Assembly: GCA_049512935.1 (NCBI GenBank)
Contig: JBEKWR010000025.1
Location: 1-27,948 of the forward strand
Length of the DNA stretch: 27,948 nt
Direction: 5' to 3'
Origin: Candidatus Bathyarchaeia archaeon
Lineage (GTDB): Archaea > Thermoproteota > Bathyarchaeia > Bathyarchaeales > Bathycorpusculaceae
Positions 8,481-15,800 of the stretch are shown in pieces. Every line of letters begins with the position of its first letter. Within the stretch, counting starts at the first letter, position 1. The translations under genes and the position numbers were made by a program. The notes beneath the pieces were generated by a model. The model was given only the letters and a program-made list of their open reading frames with translations. It made no database searches and was not told the origin of the DNA.

Positions 8481-8500
8481 TATCTTTTTTCTTTTTATTA
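8481..8500 (+). terminator. Oligo-T terminator after the ESCRT-III gene
   Basis: TATCTTTTTTCTTTTTATTA about 35 nt after the stop codon. Confidence 0.55.
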
Positions 8501-8562
8501 ATTTAAGCCAAACACGCATTTTTATGGCAAGAGTTATATCGACAGCAAACAGGTAAGATTTT

Positions 8563-8709
8563 ATGAAGCCCAAGCTCGCTAGTCGGGCGCTGCTTTGCCC
8601 AGACTGTTACGTGAAAATGAAGCCTGTGCGCAACAGCCAAAAAATAATAGTTTATTACGAATGCGAAAAATGCGGCAACCGCATCTTATACAGCACCGCA
8701 GGACACTAA
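8563..8709 (+). CDS. Small zinc-ribbon protein (48 aa, CPDC-x18-CEKC)
   Basis: Manual translation MKPKLASRALLCPDCYVKMKPVRNSQKIIVYYECEKCGNRILYSTAGH*. Two CxxC knuckles, AGGT upstream of the ATG, and it fills an otherwise empty gap. It is below the ORF-track length cutoff. Confidence 0.7.
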   Translation: MKPKLASRALLCPDCYVKMKPVRNSQKIIVYYECEKCGNRILYSTAGH

Positions 8710-8739
8710 GACCACTGAGAGGCAAGCACCCAGTTTTTC

Positions 8740-8767
8740 AAGTTTAGAAAGATGCTGTTCTAAACTT
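8740..8767. promoter_or_regulatory. Perfect 10-bp inverted repeat AAGTTTAGAA-n8-TTCTAAACTT, candidate operator
   Basis: Lies upstream of the wHTH gene. An extra half-site TGTTCTAA is at 8808-8815, next to TATA-like CTTATAT (8824-8830). Confidence 0.55.
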
Positions 8768-8870
8768 TAATTCACTTGCTCCTTTGCCTAAAAAGCCTTC
8801 GCGGTTCTGTTCTAATGCTTGGGCTTATATGCTGCGTGATTTCTAGTATGTGCCGTTGAGGTTCAGCTGA

Positions 8871-9317
8871 TTGAATAGTGGCGACGGAACAGAACTTGAG
8901 TACTCGCTGCGAGGCAAAGCCTGGCAGGTCTATTGGTTTCTGCTCAAAAACGGCAGCGCAGCAGGCGTCCGCGAGGTCCAGCGTTCCCTGCATTTCAGCA
9001 GTCCCAGCGTCGCTTTCCATCATCTGGAGCAGTTGCGTGAGTTGGGGTTGGTGCAGAAAGACGATGTTAGCGGTCGCTACTCGCTGGTTGGGGAAGTGAA
9101 AATCGGCGTGCTTCGCCACTACGTAAAGTTGGGCAGGCTGCTTTTCCCAAGATACTTCTTCTACGCCCTATTCACAACCGTGTTCTACGCCCTCTACATA
9201 GCGTTTCTGTTCGACGGTTTCACCCGCGACAACCTGTTTATTCTTTCGTTCGGAGCATTCGTCTGCAGCGTATTCTGGTATGAGGCTTACCGAGTATGGA
9301 CTATGCGCCCATTCTAA
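8871..9317 (+). CDS. Membrane-anchored winged helix-turn-helix transcriptional regulator (ArsR-like wHTH plus 2 TM helices)
   Basis: VYWFLLKNGSAAGVREVQRSLHFSSPSVAFHHLEQLRELGLVQKD is an HTH with wing, followed by two hydrophobic segments (YFFYALFTTVFYALYIAFLF; LFILSFGAFVCSVFWY). GAGGT lies upstream of the TTG. Confidence 0.82.
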   Translation: MNSGDGTELEYSLRGKAWQVYWFLLKNGSAAGVREVQRSLHFSSPSVAFHHLEQLRELGLVQKDDVSGRYSLVGEVKIGVLRHYVKLGRLLFPRYFFYALFTTVFYALYIAFLFDGFTRDNLFILSFGAFVCSVFWYEAYRVWTMRPF

Positions 9318-9328
9318 CAGTTAGAACA
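9312..9328. promoter_or_regulatory. Palindrome TTCTAAC-A-GTTAGAA, same half-site as at 8740-8767
   Basis: Overlaps the wHTH stop codon and lies about 50 nt upstream of the beta-propeller gene. Confidence 0.5.
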
Positions 9329-9377
9329 AGCCGTTCGCGAGCTTAGCATAAAATAGCCAGATGCCCAATAAGCCATA

Positions 9378-11477
9378 ATGGAGAAAAAAATCATGGTTCA
9401 AAAAGAAATAAAGAAAAAAACAAAAATCTACGCGTTAATTGCAGTTCTCTCAGCCATAATGCTGGTATCAGCAATCTACACTATAGGCGTGCCATCATCA
9501 GCGCCTTTTTCCGTCTCGAATGTTTCGCCGTTAAAGGTCTTCGCATCCATCGCGGAGCTGAAAAACTTTCTCGTCGCTAACGCCGCCAACTCCGCTGGCT
9601 CCTTCACGGGCGGACCCTTAGATTCCCAATACTACGGCAGCAAAGGAACCGCGGTTCCCTCAAATGCTCCTGTTCCCGCAACCGCGTCAACCACGGGAAC
9701 CTTCAGCACGAATCAGCAGTCCAGCTATTCAACGACCAACGTTCAGGTTGCTGGAGTGGATGAAGCGGACACGGTTAAAACCGACGGGCAATACATCTAC
9801 GTGATAAACCAGAATTATTCTGCGGCGTCCCAAAACAACGTTTACGTTGTGAACGCGAACCCGCAGGATCCAGCGGTGATAGCGAAGATTCCTTTGGGGA
9901 ATGATTCGGCTCTGGCGGGGATGTACCTGAGCCCAGACGGGAACGAATTGGTTGTTTTAGGTAGCAACTATGCGAACATGATTGTTTATCCGATGGTCAT
10001 GGTGGCGGGCGGTAACTTGCCCTTTTACCCTGGCTTCGCTAATTACGGAGTGTCAAGTTTCATGTATGTCTACGACGTATCAGACAAGGCGTCGCCTGTT
10101 CTCACCTACAACTATACCATGACAGGCAGCTACTTTGACTCCAGAATGATTGGCAACGACGTCTACATGGTTATCAGTCAACCCGCGAACCTGGACAACG
10201 GCACGGTTGTCTTGCCCAGCGTCTACAACAACGACGCTGCATCAACCATCATGCCGCCAAGCATCTACTACACCGACACGAACGACTCCTACTACACTTA
10301 CACAACTTTTGTCGGGTTGGACGTGACGAATACCTCTCAGGGGCCTTCAAACATGACTATAATGATGAGCGGCACAAGCAACATGTACGTTTCAACAGGC
10401 AACATGTATGTGACCTGCCCAAGCCAGAGCGGCGACGGTACAGACATCTACCGAGTAGCTATTAACGGGCTCAACTTGACTTTCCAAGCTGAGGGCGCCG
10501 TGCCAGGCTACATCATCAACCAGTACTCCATGGACGAGTACAACGGCTACTTCAGGGTGGCGACAACCACAACTTCAGGTTCATGGTTTAGCCAAAACCA
10601 GGAAAACAACCTTTACGTGCTCAACATGAACTTGACCATCGTCGGCAAGCTTGAAAACATGGCTCCAGGAGAAAACATCTACGCTGCCCGCTTCATCGGC
10701 GACACATGCTACCTCGTAACGTTCCATCAGACCGACCCGTTCTTCGTCATTGACCTCAGCAATCCACAGGCGCCCACAGTTGCTGGCGAACTGAACATTC
10801 CAGGCTACTCGAGCTACCTGTACCCGTATGACGCAACCCACGTGATCGGCGTAGGAGAGCAAACCATCATCGAAAACGGGAGCGAAAACATCGATCTGAA
10901 GCTCTCGCTTTTCGACGTTTCAAACATGAATAACCCGACGGAAATAGCGAACTACATCGTTCCAGGCAACTACACGTCGTCAACAGCGCAATATGACCCA
11001 CACGCGTTCCTCTTCAGCTTAGAAAAGCAGCTGCTGGTTATCCCCGTTTCAATAACAAACTATGAGCAGACAGCCTTTGAACCCAACAATGTAACGGTTC
11101 CATTGCCAGCGACAGGGGTTGCAGGGTCTTCTTCAGGATCTTCTGCGGCATCTTCATCGCCAGCATCTCCGCCCGTGGTCAGTCCGCCAGCAATCATCTT
11201 CAGCGAGGAAACGTGGCAGGGAGCATACGTCTTCAACGTTAACCCATCAAGCGGATTCACTCTGAGCGGCACAGTGACAAACCTTAACGCGACGATGCTG
11301 GACAGCCAAGGATTCGTAAACGAAGGCTACGGCTTCGGCTACTACTACGACATGCAAAACGACGTCATAACACGCTCACTCTACATAGGCAACACACTGT
11401 ACACAGTCAGCAACAACGAAGTCAAACTCTTCAGCCTAACCGATTTGAGCCAAATCGCAGAAGTAAACCTTGACTAA
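9378..11477 (+). CDS. Secreted/membrane-anchored beta-propeller domain protein (Beta_propel / COG4880-like)
   Basis: Lys-rich N-terminus plus TM, family signature YSTTNVQVAGVDEADTVKTDG, GYIINQYSMDEYNGYFRVATT, GENIYAARFIGD..YLVTF..TDPFFVIDLS, GELNIPGYSSYL and RSLYIGNTLYTVS. Confidence 0.9.
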   Translation: MEKKIMVQKEIKKKTKIYALIAVLSAIMLVSAIYTIGVPSSAPFSVSNVSPLKVFASIAELKNFLVANAANSAGSFTGGPLDSQYYGSKGTAVPSNAPVPATASTTGTFSTNQQSSYSTTNVQVAGVDEADTVKTDGQYIYVINQNYSAASQNNVYVVNANPQDPAVIAKIPLGNDSALAGMYLSPDGNELVVLGSNYANMIVYPMVMVAGGNLPFYPGFANYGVSSFMYVYDVSDKASPVLTYNYTMTGSYFDSRMIGNDVYMVISQPANLDNGTVVLPSVYNNDAASTIMPPSIYYTDTNDSYYTYTTFVGLDVTNTSQGPSNMTIMMSGTSNMYVSTGNMYVTCPSQSGDGTDIYRVAINGLNLTFQAEGAVPGYIINQYSMDEYNGYFRVATTTTSGSWFSQNQENNLYVLNMNLTIVGKLENMAPGENIYAARFIGDTCYLVTFHQTDPFFVIDLSNPQAPTVAGELNIPGYSSYLYPYDATHVIGVGEQTIIENGSENIDLKLSLFDVSNMNNPTEIANYIVPGNYTSSTAQYDPHAFLFSLEKQLLVIPVSITNYEQTAFEPNNVTVPLPATGVAGSSSGSSAASSSPASPPVVSPPAIIFSEETWQGAYVFNVNPSSGFTLSGTVTNLNATMLDSQGFVNEGYGFGYYYDMQNDVITRSLYIGNTLYTVSNNEVKLFSLTDLSQIAEVNLD

Positions 11478-11484
11478 ACGCTCA

Positions 11485-11503
11485 ATCTCTCCCTTTTCTT
11501 TTG
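11485..11503 (+). terminator. Pyrimidine/oligo-T terminator after the beta-propeller gene
   Basis: ATCTCTCCCTTTTCTTTTG just after the stop codon. Confidence 0.45.
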
Positions 11504-11553
11504 TCTAACAAGACAGTGCTAGATCTTTTGGCAAGTGTGGAAAAAAATAGTAT

Positions 11554-11580
11554 CATCAACAACAACATCAACAACAACAA
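11554..11580 (+). repeat. Intergenic (CAA/CAT)n trinucleotide tract
   Basis: CATCAACAACAACATCAACAACAACAA, nine CAW units. Confidence 0.85.
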
Positions 11581-11840
11581 TTCGCGAGGCTGTCAGGCTT
11601 TTTGCGGGTTTTTCTTTTTTCATATCCGACCCTCCACGGTTTTCTACATGCACCAAACATAGACCTGAGTTTTTACGGGAAAAGCGAGTTTTCTAACTTA
11701 TCCATCTAAGACGAAGGAACAAGGCGCCATTCACAGAGTTTTAGATGCTGGTTTCCTTTCTTCATCGGAATGGCGGAGGTTAAGCTGTTTTAGGAAGCGA
11801 AGGCAGGTGAGGCAGTGGGTTACCCCCTTTTTATTTCTCG

Positions 11841-11871
11841 GTCAAGAAATGTTGACTAAGTTTAGTCAAGG
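11841..11871. repeat. Compound palindrome GTCAA-n6-TTGACTAA-GT-TTAGTCAA
   Basis: Perfect 8-2-8 inverted repeat at 11852-11869 plus a third GTCAA half-site at 11841. It lies about 45 nt upstream of the 11913 gene. Confidence 0.7.
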
Positions 11872-11912
11872 AAGTTTTACGAATAACCTTTTATCGCAAA
11901 ACTTTCTTAACC

Positions 11913-12710
11913 TTGAGTATGAATAGAGGAAACAAAGGTTTTTCACTACTTTTCGTTATAGCTCTCTTAGCCATCTCAAGTCTGATAATGGCTAAACCAG
12001 TGTTTTCTCAGTCTATCCCTACGCCATCTGTACCACAATTCACATTGACCTTTCAAGACAATTCATACGCTGTTCAACCGACAACCTTAACCACAACTGA
12101 CCCTTACACAGGAAAACAAACAATTGTAGGCTCAACAATAGGCGGCTATGTATATAACGCTTCCATAACCATAAGAGTAACAAATCAACCTTTCACTTCC
12201 TACACAGACGCAAACAATAACACTATACAATTGTACTATGACGTCAGGTGGAAGGGCAATTTCACTGATTCCTGGGAGGGAAGTCTTCTCCCAAACATAC
12301 AGGTTGCTCAAGATTCAAGCAGCGCTTACACTGACATACCCCTTGGCTTTACAAGCAACACTTATGGATGGGGCGGTGTTGCAGCAATTAATTGGCATGC
12401 CCTTGGAAATCCAGTCGATATTCAAGTTGAAGCATGTGTCGGATACGTCACTCAGACGGTTACCTCTTCATTGGAAGCGCCAAAGATAAATTTCACGAGT
12501 TTAACGACAAGTGGTTGGAGCAACACCCAAACAATAATCGCAAGCAATGTTTCCACTTCACCAACCCCGACAGCTACACCAACATCAGTTACAACCTCAT
12601 CTCCCGCCGTTCCAGAGTTGTCTTGGTTGGTGATTGTGCCTTTGCTTCTTTCCTTGTTCTCTGTAGCTGTGATAGTTAGGCATCGAAAGATGTCTTGCCG
12701 CAAAGCCTAA
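11913..12710 (+). CDS. Secreted Thr/Ser-rich surface protein with a PEF-CTERM-like C-terminal sorting signal
   Basis: Signal peptide (..AKPVFS|Q), beta-rich ectodomain, PT-rich linker, then VPEL + hydrophobic helix + RHRK basic cluster. Confidence 0.8.
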   Translation: MSMNRGNKGFSLLFVIALLAISSLIMAKPVFSQSIPTPSVPQFTLTFQDNSYAVQPTTLTTTDPYTGKQTIVGSTIGGYVYNASITIRVTNQPFTSYTDANNNTIQLYYDVRWKGNFTDSWEGSLLPNIQVAQDSSSAYTDIPLGFTSNTYGWGGVAAINWHALGNPVDIQVEACVGYVTQTVTSSLEAPKINFTSLTTSGWSNTQTIIASNVSTSPTPTATPTSVTTSSPAVPELSWLVIVPLLLSLFSVAVIVRHRKMSCRKA

Positions 12711-12804
12711 CTTAGTTTCGCGAAAAACCCGTAGAAGTTCAGGTTTATCCAAATAAATAGGCCCCTCTAGAAGAGCCCTGCAAAATTTGGGGGAAACTGG
12801 GGCA

Positions 12805-15800
12805 CTAATCGCCTTTGGCTGATTTAGCGTAAACTTGCACTTCAACCTCGGCTGCGGGTTTCCCTAAAAATTCCGTTAGCGTGCCTTTCCATTTGGGGTT
12901 GCCGTTGGCGGTGAAGCCTACGGTTTGGGCTATGCCTTTCCACAGCAGCGCTTTGTCGTAGTTTTTGGCGTCTTGCGGCAGGAACTCGAAGATTGATCGG
13001 CTTGCGATGACGACGAGCTTCTTTTTCATTCGGGATATGGCGACGTTTACGCGGTTGAGGTTGAGCAGAAAGTCGCTTTCTATGCGCACGTAGTCAGGGT
13101 CGCTTACCGTTGACGAGATGATTATGAAGTCTGCTTCGCCGCCCTGGTACCGCTCCACAGTGTCAACCCGCAGGTTCTCGTAGCCGTCAAGCAGCAGATT
13201 CTTCACGACGCCGCGCTGCGCGTTATGCGGAGTAACGACGCCGACCGTTTCAGGAGGCACGCTGCGCACCAAGGCATCGACGATTCTTGCCTCAACAAGG
13301 TTAGACTGAAAACTCTCCGCCTCATCATGCACAACCAGCACAAAAACGTTCTCCGGCTCCAAAACAAATCCTAACCCGTCAGTTGGAGGCGCCGCGGAAG
13401 ACAGCGTTCGGGTTTGGTCTGAGCGGAAGTCGATGCCGTCTTTATGGTAAATCCACTCCTTAAGGAAGCTCGCCACGACTCGGTGGCACCGATGGGTTTC
13501 GCACAATCGCTCCGTCGGAATATCGGCTTTATGCTGGGCTTTAACGTGGTCCAATCCGAGGTCTTCTTGGCGCATCAAACGCAGGAAATCCATGGCTGAC
13601 AAGAACGACGCCATTTCCTCGATGGTTCGGCGGTCTTCTTTTTCCCAGTTGTGCACTTGGATGGGAGGCAGCTGCCGATGGTCCCCAGCCACCAGAATTT
13701 GCGCGTTTTTGTCGATGAAGGCGCCTGAAAGAATCAGTTCGGGAAGCCGCATCATGCTTGCCTCGTCAACCACAAGCAAGTCAAAGTAGCCCTCGTTCCA
13801 GGAAGGCTCTTTCCCGCCGACCTTCTTCATAAGACCGTACAAGCCAGGCGGCGTGACGCATAAGACCAGAGGGAAATTAGCTGCGGTGTCGGAAACCAAT
13901 GTGCTCTGGCTGGACAATGCGTCTCTTATTTCCGTGACAGCCGCTTCGTCTTCGTTGTAGTTGACGTATTTGACGCCGTCAACGGCTTTAACCGTGGAGA
14001 CATCGTTTACGACGCGGTAAATTTTGAGGTCAGCTAAGCCGCTGCCGCCTTCTCTGCAGTAAGCCCGCCACGTCTTAGCCAGCTTGTTGACGAATTCGTG
14101 GATTGCCTTGTGCGTGGGCGCAACCATCAACACTCGGCACTTGCCAGCGTCTCGGTGAGCGGCGACGTGGGTGAGCACGGCAAGCTGCAGCGTTTCAGTT
14201 TTACCCGTGCCAGGCGGACCCTGAAGCATGACGACTTGCTCGCTGCTGAAGACCCGTTGGATGAACTGGTTTTGCTCGGGTGTGGGCGGAAACTTGGTGC
14301 ATGAAGCCCAATGCATGAATTTCTCGGCTGAATCCTTGCTGAGCGCCGTGCGCTGTGAAGGCTTAGTTGTGCCCGCCAAGAAGGCTTCCAGCATGCGGTA
14401 CAGCTGGTTGTCGGCTGCGTAGTCGAGGCATGTAGCTGCCCGCTCCGAGATGATGGCGTCGGCTAACTCGTCCAAAATGTAAGTGCGCCCGACCTCGAAA
14501 AGCTGCATGTGCTTGCTGCCTTCAGCCTTGTCCCTGTCGCTGGTCGGAAGATTATGCCAAGTGCTGTAACGCCTGCTTTTGCCGCTGGGCCAATTGATGG
14601 CTTTGACGGTTAGCTCCATTTTTCGCAGGTCAACCCGTTCAACGATGATCCGCGCGGACTTTTCCACCTCCGAAGGCGACCTGCGCCTCGTTTCCTCATA
14701 CTGCCCCTGCTCGTTCTGGCGGATTTCGGTGGCGATCATCCAGTCGCCCGAGCCTGAATCGTCAGACCCCTTCACGCGGCAAGCGTTGACGGTGCATTCT
14801 GACCTTGGCAGCCCAAGCGACTCGTAAACCAGTTTTCCCTTGACAGTAAAATCCCGCTCGGTTTCCTCAACGCCTAAGCACTCGAAAATCACTGACCGTC
14901 CTGTTGCAACTCGCTGGCTGGGAAGCAAAGCGTAATGCTGATAGAGTTCTTGCCGCCTAGCAAAGTACTCTAAATCCAGAAATTCACGGCAACTCCTCTC
15001 CAGCGTTGCGCGTCCCAGAGTGAACTGGGGGATCTGCGGGATAGGTATTGATTTTTTGCCTAGGCGGCGGTTGCGTATGTTAAGTGACCGCTCGACGTGT
15101 TCAAGTGCAAGGCACAGTTTTTCTCCGAGCAGCGTTAGGTCTTCGTCGCTGATTCTGCGCGTGTTATGCGGGTAATCGCACCATGTTCGTTTTTCAACCA
15201 TGACTTTCGCGAAACCCTTCTCCTTGCCGCTGTCAAGCCGACCCTTAGCAGACCAAATGTACTCGATGGGAAGCTGGTTTGCGAAACGAGCGCGCGCTGG
15301 ATAGTAGCCTTCCCTGTGCCTTGCGTCTTCGCCTCCGAGCAGGAACGACATGGAGCCGTCGGGGTTTCGGGTGTACGGCATCTCGAAGTTGAAGAAGCCG
15401 TCGCGGAAGACCAAGCGCAGGTTCAGAAGCGACCCGTCTTTGCGTTTAACAGTCCATTCCTGACTGTTGAAGAAGCCGCACTGATTAAGCGTCGGCAGGA
15501 GCCCTGTGCTGTGGTACCCGACGGCTTTGCGGAGGCAGATTTCGTCCTGGATTATGCTGAACATGGGCTGGTCGATGGCTTGCCTGAGCCCCAACAGGTC
15601 CTGGATTGCGCGGGCGGTCATGAGGGAAGAGTGGCGCCGCACCGAGTCCATAAGCTGGTCGCGTTCACGTCGCGTGTAAAAGTAAAGGTGAATGGGCGCT
15701 TCGTCTGGGCTGCCGACCTCGCCTGCTATGTCGCGGATGCTTCGGGTTAAGTCGGCGAAGAACTCTTCCAGCATGCTGCGCTCTTCAACTATGCATTCTT

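Noticed and set aside
12705-12800. Canonical integron attC site (GCCTAAC matches RYYYAAC and contains the stop codon)
   Set aside because: No complementary GTTRRRY box at a suitable distance, no extended attC hairpin and no integrase. It is kept only as a non-canonical cassette hypothesis.
15166-15750. 194-aa plus-strand ORF, and similar antisense ORFs within glyS, the NDP-sugar synthase, wHTH and DUF1614 genes
   Set aside because: They lie antisense to well-supported genes and show no recognisable motifs.
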